Both the position numbers and the translations under genes were made by a program. Positions 37,180 to 45,334 of a stretch of 64,000 nucleotides of DNA are shown in pieces. Each line of letters starts with the position of its first letter. Within the stretch, counting starts at the first letter, position 1. The DNA lies in contig JADFYW010000004.1 of the NCBI GenBank assembly GCA_015232855.1, forward strand, positions 21,488 through 85,487, in the 5' to 3' direction. The notes under the pieces were generated by a model. The model did no database searches and was not told the origin of the DNA. It worked only from the letters and a program-made list of their open reading frames with translations. The DNA is from Fibrobacteria bacterium. Lineage in GTDB: Bacteria; Fibrobacterota; Fibrobacteria; UBA11236; JADFYW01.

Positions 37180-40100
37180 TTATGCTCTATCCTGTTTCAC
37201 CGATATCCCGTGTTTCTTTAAAATATGGTAAAAAGATGTCCGGTTCACTTTAGCGTGCTCTGCGCATAATGGGATATTATTGTTATAGCGTTTCAGGAGC
37301 TTAATCAGGTAATCTTTTTTCAATGATTCCAGGTAGCGATTTAAGCTGAGTTCTTCCGCTGAGGCTGGTTCTGCACAGGAGGTGTGGCATATAACTTTAA
37401 CAGGGAGGTCCACGGTAGTTGGCTCATTTTCGGTACAAAGAGAAAATACCTGATAAAGGGTTTGTTTTAATTCTTTTACATTTCCCGGCCATGAGTAATT
37501 TATCAGAGTCTTATATAAGTCATTATTTCCTTTTTTGATTTTTTTGTTATAGACCGTGTTATACTCAAGCCGGAAAAAATCAGTAAGATCAGGAATGTCT
37601 TCTTTTCGATCACAGAGACGGGGAAGGGTTAATCGTCTGGTGGCAATGCTGCAAAACAACTCTTCACTAAAATAATTATCCAATACCATATCCTCCAGAT
37701 TTCTAATGGATGAGGATATAATGCGTACATCAATATTTTGTTCTACGATAGAGCCGGTACGCTGTATTTTTTTCTTTTGCATACAATTAAGCACTCTTGC
37801 CTGGAGTTCATAATTAAGGTGATCTATTCCCTTGATATAGATGCTACCGGTATGGGCCAGCTCAAACAATCCTTTTTTTATATCATAGCTCCCATCAGGG
37901 AGTTTTCGTTCATAACCGAATAGTTCGTTTTCGAGAAGATTATCGGGAAGTGAAATACAGTTAATTGTCAAATATGGTGCATTACGACGTTTGCCCATAA
38001 AATGGAGCGTGTGGGCAAAAAGTTCTTTGCCTGTTCCCGCATCTCCATGAATATGAATATTATCGTCCTTTCTGGAGAATGTTTCCATTTGTTCTCTCAG
38101 TTCAATCATCAACTGACTCTTGCCCACGATGGTTACATGATTACCCGGCTCATGTACAGCACTACTTACCAATTGTTCACCAAAACATTCCTGCAATATG
38201 CTGCGCAATAAAGAAGTATCCAAAGGCTTTTTTAAGAAATATTGAAATCCGGCTTCTTTTGCGTTTTCTAATATACCATCCTCAAGTAACAGCCCTGTTA
38301 ATAATACTGCCTTTGATGGAGATTGAATTTTATTTAGGGCCAGCATTAATTCATTTCCATTCATCTGTTCCATATTATAATCGATAATAACCAGACGATA
38401 GGGATGTTCCGGCAGATTATCAAGCATATGCTCACCGCCAAAAAAGATGTCAGCTTTAAGTCCGATATCTTCTAAATATTCACCGATAAGTTTGGCCAGG
38501 GTACGATCGTCATCAACTACCGCAATAGAGGCGGGAATGGGTTCTTCTTCATTGACCGGTTTTGCCTGGATGGATGGTTTACTGGTACCGGTATCACTTT
38601 CTACAACCAATGCCATCTGGTTACCGATTTCCGTTAAGAGCTTTTCTGATTTTACAGGCTTGGTTAAGAAGGGGACTCCAAATTTCATTACTTCAAGTGC
38701 ATCTTGAGAAGGAGCATAGCCACTAATGAGTATTGTTTTAACATCATCGTTGATTTCCCGGAACTGAAAGAAACAATCCCGGCCGCCCATCTCCGGCATT
38801 ATCATATCAAGAACGACCACGCCTATCTGTTGGTAGTTATCTTTATAATAAGACATAGCGTCCTGGGAATTACTAAAGAGCTTATATTTATATCCGCTAT
38901 CCTCCATGGTACTATTGTACATTTTGAGCAATAATTCATCGTCATCAATTATGATAACCTCTTTATCTGCCTGAACGCCTGGTTTGATAGTAATGGTTTG
39001 ATGCTTATCTTGCTTTACTACCTCACATTCATGATAAGGCAAAAATATGTGGACCGAAGTACCATGGTTCACTTCACTTTCTATTTCAATTTTCCCTTTG
39101 TGGCTTTTGATACAACCATAAGAACTGGCCAGACCAAAACCGGTACCCTGTTCATTTTTTGTAGAGAAGAAGGGTTCAAAAATACGCTTCTTATCCTCTT
39201 CCTTAATTCCGTTGCCGGTATCTTTAACGGTTAGTTTGATATACTTACCCGCACCGAGATTGTCATCGGTGAGCCAGGTAAGGGATGTTTCTATACTCAA
39301 AGTGCCACCCTGGCTCATCGCGTGCCGTGAATTAGCCACCAGGTTGAGAATGACATTCTGTATCTGGGCCTGGTCGCATTTTAAAGTGGCTTTTTCTTTG
39401 GTGAAATGTTTAACTACAGTGATATTTTTTTCAAGGGTATGAGTAAGTAGGGCGAGGGTTTCTTCCAGAAGTTCATGGATATCTGTTTCTACAAATTTAT
39501 ACACACTCTTCCTGGCAAATGCCATTAATTTTTTAACCAGGTCGCCACCGCGTTCACAAGCCATGGTTACTATTTCCATACTTTCTTTTACTTTTTCCAG
39601 GTTGTAAGGATCACGCTCTACCTTTTCTGCAGACCCGAGTATAGCACCCAGCACATTATTGAAGTCATGGGCAATACCGCCCGCCAGGGTGCCTATTGAT
39701 TTCATCTTTTCCAGTTCAAATGCTCGCTTTTCAAAGGCTTTACGTTCAGTGATGTCAGTGAAATTTTCAATAATGCCTATAAGGTTATTTTGATGGTCTT
39801 TAAATGGAATACCCTTTAAAATGCATGTTAATTTACGGCCGTTACGAAGGCTCAGGTCGACTTCCTGATTTATCTTTTCATTACCGTTTAAAATCTGGGT
39901 GAGTGGACATTCTGATTTATTACAGAACGGTCCTTGCCAGATATCGTAACAGTTCGATCCTAAAACGTCTTCCTGTTTAAGGTCAAACAGAGAACAAAAG
40001 GTGTGATTTACCCGGAGTATCTTGAATGATTTACTGATAACACAAGAAGGTACTGCAAGATTAAACAGTTGGTGTAATTCAGATTGTGTTTGTTTAAGTG

Positions 40101-40464
40101 AGCTACTTAGTTGTTTCTGGTGGGTGATATCTATCCCGGTCAACAAGTATGTATCTGATATTTCACCGGTACCAGTACCATGGGTAAGTTTCCATTTACG
40201 CCAGTTGACGTTATGTTCCTTATCAGAAAGGGACGACTCAAATTCGGAACTGAAACCGTGTTGCTTCAAAGACGATATTCGTTTGGTAAAACTGCTCTGA
40301 TTTTCTTCAGGAAAAAGTTTGAAGACATTTTGCCTTTTACTGATTGGGGATGTGATTTCGAAGTAGTCTAAAAAGGCCTGGTTACTAAATTGGATTTGTC
40401 CGTCGTTGAAAAAACGGCAGATAGCTGTATCTACGACATCTAAAATTTCTTTATCATTTCTCAT
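37180..40464 (-). CDS. Hybrid sensor: PAS-PAS-histidine kinase-REC-REC-sigma54-type AAA+-HTH fusion
   Basis: AGGIAHDFNN, NLVANS, EPFFSTK, two REC domains, IVGKS, GDAGTGKE, WPGNVKEL, HTH; probable start ATG 40464. Confidence 0.85.
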   Translation of the reverse strand: MRNDKEILDVVDTAICRFFNDGQIQFSNQAFLDYFEITSPISKRQNVFKLFPEENQSSFTKRISSLKQHGFSSEFESSLSDKEHNVNWRKWKLTHGTGTGEISDTYLLTGIDITHQKQLSSSLKQTQSELHQLFNLAVPSCVISKSFKILRVNHTFCSLFDLKQEDVLGSNCYDIWQGPFCNKSECPLTQILNGNEKINQEVDLSLRNGRKLTCILKGIPFKDHQNNLIGIIENFTDITERKAFEKRAFELEKMKSIGTLAGGIAHDFNNVLGAILGSAEKVERDPYNLEKVKESMEIVTMACERGGDLVKKLMAFARKSVYKFVETDIHELLEETLALLTHTLEKNITVVKHFTKEKATLKCDQAQIQNVILNLVANSRHAMSQGGTLSIETSLTWLTDDNLGAGKYIKLTVKDTGNGIKEEDKKRIFEPFFSTKNEQGTGFGLASSYGCIKSHKGKIEIESEVNHGTSVHIFLPYHECEVVKQDKHQTITIKPGVQADKEVIIIDDDELLLKMYNSTMEDSGYKYKLFSNSQDAMSYYKDNYQQIGVVVLDMIMPEMGGRDCFFQFREINDDVKTILISGYAPSQDALEVMKFGVPFLTKPVKSEKLLTEIGNQMALVVESDTGTSKPSIQAKPVNEEEPIPASIAVVDDDRTLAKLIGEYLEDIGLKADIFFGGEHMLDNLPEHPYRLVIIDYNMEQMNGNELMLALNKIQSPSKAVLLTGLLLEDGILENAKEAGFQYFLKKPLDTSLLRSILQECFGEQLVSSAVHEPGNHVTIVGKSQLMIELREQMETFSRKDDNIHIHGDAGTGKELFAHTLHFMGKRRNAPYLTINCISLPDNLLENELFGYERKLPDGSYDIKKGLFELAHTGSIYIKGIDHLNYELQARVLNCMQKKKIQRTGSIVEQNIDVRIISSSIRNLEDMVLDNYFSEELFCSIATRRLTLPRLCDRKEDIPDLTDFFRLEYNTVYNKKIKKGNNDLYKTLINYSWPGNVKELKQTLYQVFSLCTENEPTTVDLPVKVICHTSCAEPASAEELSLNRYLESLKKDYLIKLLKRYNNNIPLCAEHAKVNRTSFYHILKKHGISVKQDRA

Positions 40465-40477
40465 ACTATGATTAAGA

Positions 40478-40493
40478 AGCAATAGTTATGCCA
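40478..40493 (-). promoter_or_regulatory. Sigma54 -24/-12 promoter
   Basis: Minus strand TGGCATAACTATTGCT; palindrome ATTGCA-TTCG-TGCAAT at 40534-40549. Confidence 0.75.
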
Positions 40494-40630
40494 GTGCTTA
40501 AATTATTGAAAAAAGATGAGTTTGCAACAGAAAATTGCATTCGTGCAATAGTTAGTGTTGTAAAAATGAAACCAAATGGTTGCGTTTAAACAAACATAGT
40601 GTACTTTCAAATAAGTCTTTTCAGGTTGTT

Positions 40631-40935
40631 CCTGATTCCGGACAAGCCCATTCGCGTCAAGCTAAGGGAAACTTCGCCCAAGCACAGTCATTCCAGCTTG
40701 TCTGGAATCCTGAACACCGTTGCTTACTACCGTTTTTTTTCAAGATTTGAAGTTTAGAAAATGTATATCAACAATGTTCCTGATTCCGAACAAGTCGGAA
40801 TGACTGGTTTTAAACACTTTTTTCAAAGAAGAAGCCTTAGCTTGACGCACATGGGAGCGCGAAGCCTGTCCGCCTTCCTTAGTACTGCTAAGTACGGAGG
40901 ACAGGCCCTAGAGGCACAAGCCGGAAAGACTACTT
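40631..40935. repeat. Composite REP-like cluster
   Basis: GTCATTCC-family units near 40631, 40685, 40779 and 40915, plus a 14-bp inverted repeat gcgtcaagctaagg (40654-40667) / ccttagcttgacgc (40835-40848). Confidence 0.7.
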
Positions 40936-40990
40936 TAGGAGTATATAACATGAAAAAAAATAATCTGATAGCTCACTAGTGTGGGACAGG

Positions 40991-41902
40991 TTAAACCGTA
41001 CTATCAAGAAACAGCTCAACCTCTTCAATGTGCTCGCCTTTAAACAATGCGGTTGAGCGAATTTTTTCCATGTAATAGTCGAGCTGTTTCAGATTCCAGG
41101 TGTCTGGTGCATTAATCACAATTCCGGCCCAGTATTTCTGGCCTTTACGCTGGAGTTTTATAGAAGAGATCATGGCTTCCGGCATTTCGTCTTCAATAAG
41201 AACCTGTAGTTTATGTGCAAAATCAGGTTCCGGTTCTTTATCCAGAATGATATTAACGGGTTCTTTCCATTGGTGATAGGCGTCCCTGATAATAATAATC
41301 CCTACAATGGCTGCTGCCAGAGGGTCGAGGATCTGCCAGGCACCACCGAATTGTGATAATAGAATCCCAATAGAAACGCCACAAGAAGAGAGCATATCGG
41401 CCTTATTCTGGTATGCATTCGCTTTCATACCACCACTTTTAAGTTCTCTCCCTGCGCACAGACTGTATTTAAACATAATGTAATTCAGAAGAATAGAGAG
41501 GATCGCAACCGGGAAGGTGATAAAAGAAGGCGGATAAAACCCGCCCCTGAGTAATTGGGTGATATTGGTAACAAAAATAAAGATACCCAGCGCAAAAAGG
41601 ATGCTGTAAACGAGCAGAGAGGTAATAAATTCGGCTTTTCGATAGCCGAAAGGATGAGAAAAATCAGGGTCTTTTTTAGAAGCATGTATACTGTACAGTA
41701 TAATAAGGCCACCGACCACGCAGGAAAATGATTGCAGGCCATCTGCCATGAGACCATTACTATTAAACCACATACCCATGAGGAATTTCAAAACAGCGAG
41801 AAATAGATTTGCTGCTATACTCCAAATCATGATGCGGTTGCCGCAGCTTGGGCAACGGTGGGTACTTGCACAAACACCCGGGTTAAATAGTGTTTTAAAC
41901 AT
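40991..41902 (-). CDS. mamB: MamB-like cation diffusion facilitator
   Basis: N-terminal CxxC before TM1 (CPSCGNR), PD..HPFGY.KAEF, NYIMFKYSLCAGRELKS...ANAYQNKADMLSS resembling the MamB NELMYRYQICVG...ANAWDNRSDAISS segment; magnetochrome neighbour. Confidence 0.7.
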   Translation of the reverse strand: MFKTLFNPGVCASTHRCPSCGNRIMIWSIAANLFLAVLKFLMGMWFNSNGLMADGLQSFSCVVGGLIILYSIHASKKDPDFSHPFGYRKAEFITSLLVYSILFALGIFIFVTNITQLLRGGFYPPSFITFPVAILSILLNYIMFKYSLCAGRELKSGGMKANAYQNKADMLSSCGVSIGILLSQFGGAWQILDPLAAAIVGIIIIRDAYHQWKEPVNIILDKEPEPDFAHKLQVLIEDEMPEAMISSIKLQRKGQKYWAGIVINAPDTWNLKQLDYYMEKIRSTALFKGEHIEEVELFLDSTV

Positions 41903-42773
41903 GACGCCCCTTAACGTTTACATAGCAGTTTGATTGGCCAGCAATGGCTCCCTGAATATTTGCAATAATTGAACGTATAATTGTTTTTGATTGCTTGACT
42001 GAGGTGGTTTCAGAGAGAGAAATAGAACTGTAAATTTCCATACTATTTTTTTGCTTAACAATTTTTAAAGCAATAAGGCGTATATCTTTGTGTGCCCTAA
42101 GAATATGAGGTTTAAGTAGAGAGCGGGAGACCGTAGGCAGGCTGGTGTCCATTAAACTCTGATATGCTTTACTCAAGCTGTAAATACTGTAGATGAGAAC
42201 ACCTAACGCCATAGCCGCGGCAGCCAGGTAATCGGTAATAAATGGACCGCTTCTGGAAATGATAATGATAAAGATGGAAGCCGCAGTGCATAAGAAATCA
42301 AAGCCGGTGATAAAGATAAGCTTTTTGTAATGTTTACTCGTATGCAGGCTCGTATGGGACTGTAAATAGTTTAGGAGAATAAAATTAATGGCCATAAAAA
42401 TAACTGCTATCCAGGCAGAAGCCATGGCAGGAGGGTATATCATATGAAAAAACATGACATGGGCAAAGGCATACAACAATGCACAGGTGGCGAGAACAAT
42501 AATAAGAGAAAGTCCCGCCAGTAGGAAAAAGGAAAGTTTATCATAGGAAAATATGGCCTTTTTATGGCTTTTCTTTTTGTGTTTTGCCTGGAACTCAATA
42601 ATGCAAAGCAGTGCGGTAAATGCACCAAATAAAGAGGGCAGTCCGGCCACCAGTAACGATTTTGCATTATAGATAGCGCCAAAAGCTACCTTAGAAATAA
42701 ACAGGCATACATAAATAATAAGCGCCTGGTAGAGAATGGCAGCAGCAGTGTTTTGGTTTGACCTTTTTGCCAT
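41895..42773 (-). CDS. mamM: Degenerate MamM-like cation diffusion facilitator
   Basis: 6-TM CDF layout, AYQSLMDTS (cf. MamM AYRGLMDHT), C-terminal dimerisation-domain pattern; overlaps the mamB-like gene; TM2 metal ligands lost. Confidence 0.55.
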   Translation of the reverse strand: MAKRSNQNTAAAILYQALIIYVCLFISKVAFGAIYNAKSLLVAGLPSLFGAFTALLCIIEFQAKHKKKSHKKAIFSYDKLSFFLLAGLSLIIVLATCALLYAFAHVMFFHMIYPPAMASAWIAVIFMAINFILLNYLQSHTSLHTSKHYKKLIFITGFDFLCTAASIFIIIISRSGPFITDYLAAAAMALGVLIYSIYSLSKAYQSLMDTSLPTVSRSLLKPHILRAHKDIRLIALKIVKQKNSMEIYSSISLSETTSVKQSKTIIRSIIANIQGAIAGQSNCYVNVKGRHV

Positions 42774-42774
42774 T

Positions 42775-43506
42775 TTACATACTCACGCCTGCTGGCGTTC
42801 CCATAATTGCATGACAATTAGAACAGACTCCCCGGTATTCATGTATCATTTGGGCGGTAAAAGAAATGGCAATATCAGGATGAATCTGGTGGCAACTGGC
42901 GCATACCCCCCGGTATTCGTGGGGGAGTATGGCATCCCTGAAGATAGGCGGGGCCAGGTTATTTAAATTATACGATTGTACACCGGGATGTGTGGATGCA
43001 TTCCAATGCCGGTTATTTTCGTTTGGGATAGTTGAGGGTGGGGTATAGGCTACTGCAGCACCTTGAGGAGTGGCCCCCGGGAAACAATTAGCCACACTGG
43101 GACAAGTTGCGCAACCGGGAGGAATGGTAGCCGCAACGGTTTGCCCTTGAGGAGTGGCCCCTGGGAAGCAATTAGCCACACTGGGACAAGTAACACATCC
43201 GGGAGGAATGGTAGCCGCAACGGCTTGACCTTGAGGAGTAGCTCCCGGGAAGCAATTAGCCACACTGGGACAAGTAACGCAACCGGGAGGAATAGTAGCA
43301 GCGACGGTTCTTCCCTGAAGGGGAGCTGTAATACCCGTGTTTGCTTCTACCCGTTCTTCGATAGTAAGGAATATGGCAAAAACAATAACCAGAAGTGCAA
43401 TCCCCCCGCCTATAAGTATTGGTTTTTGGTTTGTTTTGGAAATCTTAGGAAATAATTTTTGAGGAGCCTCACCTTCAAGCATATCGTCGAGTTCATTGTC
43501 TGTCAT
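42775..43506 (-). CDS. Membrane-anchored double-magnetochrome protein (MamP/MamT-like) with Cys-rich repeat insert
   Basis: TM anchor; PPI....LPHEYRGVCASCH and I....MIHEYRGVCSNCH magnetochrome signatures; RBS AAGGAG. Confidence 0.85.
   Translation of the reverse strand: MTDNELDDMLEGEAPQKLFPKISKTNQKPILIGGGIALLVIVFAIFLTIEERVEANTGITAPLQGRTVAATIPPGCVTCPSVANCFPGATPQGQAVAATIPPGCVTCPSVANCFPGATPQGQTVAATIPPGCATCPSVANCFPGATPQGAAVAYTPPSTIPNENNRHWNASTHPGVQSYNLNNLAPPIFRDAILPHEYRGVCASCHQIHPDIAISFTAQMIHEYRGVCSNCHAIMGTPAGVSM
43054..43305 (-). repeat. Three tandem 84-bp coding repeats (VAATIPPGCxTCPSVANCFPGATPQGxx)
   Basis: Period 84 (matching positions 43081, 43165, 43249). Confidence 0.95.
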
Positions 43507-43525
43507 TATTTCTCCTTAACGGTTT

Positions 43526-43972
43526 TTAGAATGCGCCCGGCCTCACACCGGGGACCAGGGCAGCGATAACCTGTTGTCCCTGTCTGTTTATGGTTAATCT
43601 GATTGTTTTGTTATTTGCGGTATTACTGAGATTCTTGCCGAACTGCTTTTGGCTGGTAATGCTTTTACCGTTCCATTTGCTGATGATATCCCCGTTTTTG
43701 ATGTTTGCCGCAGCAGCGGGAGATCCGATAAAGACCCTGGTCACCAGTAATCCCCGGGAAGCTGTGATGTTATATTGTTTTTTAATGGTGCGGTTAAGTT
43801 CAACAGTTTCTATTCCCAGCCATTTTCCCTGCATGCCGGGTTCGCTGTTTGTACGGTGCATCCTGGAAGCCATAAGCAAAAAGGTAAGGGATAGTAAACC
43901 TGCAATAAAGAAAAACATATTACGCTTCATCGTATCATACCGTTCTAATTGTGCTTTACGTGTTTTGTTCAT
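43526..43972 (-). CDS. Membrane-anchored PDZ protein (MamP/MamE-type PDZ)
   Basis: TM segment, GKWLGIETVEL, GLLVTRVFIGSPAAAANIKNGDII. Confidence 0.85.
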   Translation of the reverse strand: MNKTRKAQLERYDTMKRNMFFFIAGLLSLTFLLMASRMHRTNSEPGMQGKWLGIETVELNRTIKKQYNITASRGLLVTRVFIGSPAAAANIKNGDIISKWNGKSITSQKQFGKNLSNTANNKTIRLTINRQGQQVIAALVPGVRPGAF

Positions 43973-44859
43973 GTTTCGTCAGTTTCTGGTTGTGGCAGAA
44001 CTCTGGTCTGATTTTTTTCAGGACCCACCCGCATGGACACGTTTTCACATTTCAAACATTTTAAGCAGCGTACACAGGCAGAATGATTGGGATCGTGGCT
44101 TACATTAAGCTCAACCAAACAGTCACCGACACATTTATTGCAATCTTTACAATGGCCGGTGTCTACTTGCAGCCGTACAAGACTGAAGCGATTGAAAAAC
44201 CCCATTATGGCGCCAAGAGGGCAAATAACCCTGCAGAATGGTCTTTTGGCAATAACAAATAGGCAGAGGAAGCTAAGAAGGATTACCAGTTTAATAAGAA
44301 ACATGGTCCCAATAGCGCTGGCAGAAACTGCAGGGATATTATCAACAGGCATCATAGGATTCCAGATAATCCAGGGGAGACCTGCCTGAAGAGTACCCAT
44401 AGGACAGAGTTTTGAAAACCAGGTTTCCTGCGTAAAAAAGGGTATAAGGAAAATCAGGAATAGCAAGACAAAGTATCGGAAAGACGTCAACTGATTGGGT
44501 ATGGTGATTTTAAAACTTTTGATTTTGTACATCAGGTCTTGTAAAAGACCAAAAGGACATAACCAGCCACAAGCCATGGCCCCCACTGTCATAGATATGG
44601 CAAGTAGATATCCGATAACTGTAAAAGGAATTTTATGGATGGTAACAAAATGCTGGATGGCCCCGATAGGACAGGTGAAAAATGAAGTAGGGCAGCTGTG
44701 GCAATTCAAAAAAGGTACGCAAACACTTTTAAGGGAACCCTGATAAATCTTTTTGGTTTTGAGGAAGCCCATATAGGCATTTGGAATAATAAACGAAAGC
44801 CATTGGGAAATAACGCGTGCCCGTTCTATCATGTTCAACTGTTTCAGGTCTTTCTCCAT
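43969..44859 (-). CDS. NapH/Mad6-like membrane polyferredoxin (4Fe-4S binding)
   Basis: CVPFLNCHSCP...CPIG, CGWLCPFG, CPMG, RPFCRVICPLG, CKDCNKCVGDC, CVRCLKC. Confidence 0.85.
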   Translation of the reverse strand: MEKDLKQLNMIERARVISQWLSFIIPNAYMGFLKTKKIYQGSLKSVCVPFLNCHSCPTSFFTCPIGAIQHFVTIHKIPFTVIGYLLAISMTVGAMACGWLCPFGLLQDLMYKIKSFKITIPNQLTSFRYFVLLFLIFLIPFFTQETWFSKLCPMGTLQAGLPWIIWNPMMPVDNIPAVSASAIGTMFLIKLVILLSFLCLFVIAKRPFCRVICPLGAIMGFFNRFSLVRLQVDTGHCKDCNKCVGDCLVELNVSHDPNHSACVRCLKCLKCENVSMRVGPEKNQTRVLPQPETDET

Positions 44860-44863
44860 GAGA

Positions 44864-45004
44864 TTATTCCAGACCTATACAGGCAAGACACATTGATGCA
44901 CCGTCATCCTGGATTTCCAGAACATCGTTGTTTAAATCACCCAACAGAAGAAATAGGAAGGCAAAGAGGTAGAGGATGGTGATAAATTTCCAGTTTGAAT
45001 TCAT
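44864..45004 (-). CDS. 46-aa membrane peptide with C-terminal CLxCIG motif (CD1871A-like CxxC family)
   Basis: MNSNWKFITILYLFAFLFLLLGDLNNDVLEIQDDGASMCLACIGLE*; ATGA overlap with the upstream gene; below the ORF-track cutoff. Confidence 0.8.
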   Translation of the reverse strand: MNSNWKFITILYLFAFLFLLLGDLNNDVLEIQDDGASMCLACIGLE

Positions 45005-45333
45005 AGACTTTCTATCCATTTCATAAAGTTTTTACAACGTGGGCAGCTTGGGAAGCCCGTCTGACCACAGGATTCACAAATAAATGCCCCCTGATATCCG
45101 TTCCAGTACATGCTCACATTACATTGAGTACAGCGGGGAAGAGCTTTGGTGCCACATTGGGGACAGACGCATTTGACCTTGTGGTTGATTATTTTCATCT
45201 CAATATGACCTTGTACCAACGACCGGGAAGCAAGGGAATCATATTTTGCCAGGGAGTAGGTTATATACACCGCAATAAAGGCAGTATAGATTACACCGGC
45301 AAGAATCAGAATAAACAGAGAACGGTTATTCAT
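45001..45333 (-). CDS. Membrane-anchored protein with four CxxC motifs (double zinc-ribbon-like)
   Basis: TM followed by CPQC, CTQC, CESC, CPRC. Confidence 0.75.
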   Translation of the reverse strand: MNNRSLFILILAGVIYTAFIAVYITYSLAKYDSLASRSLVQGHIEMKIINHKVKCVCPQCGTKALPRCTQCNVSMYWNGYQGAFICESCGQTGFPSCPRCKNFMKWIESL

Positions 45334-45334
45334 C

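Noticed and set aside
43054..43305. Extra heme-binding sites in the repeats
   Set aside because: Motifs are CxxCP and lack the His of CxxCH
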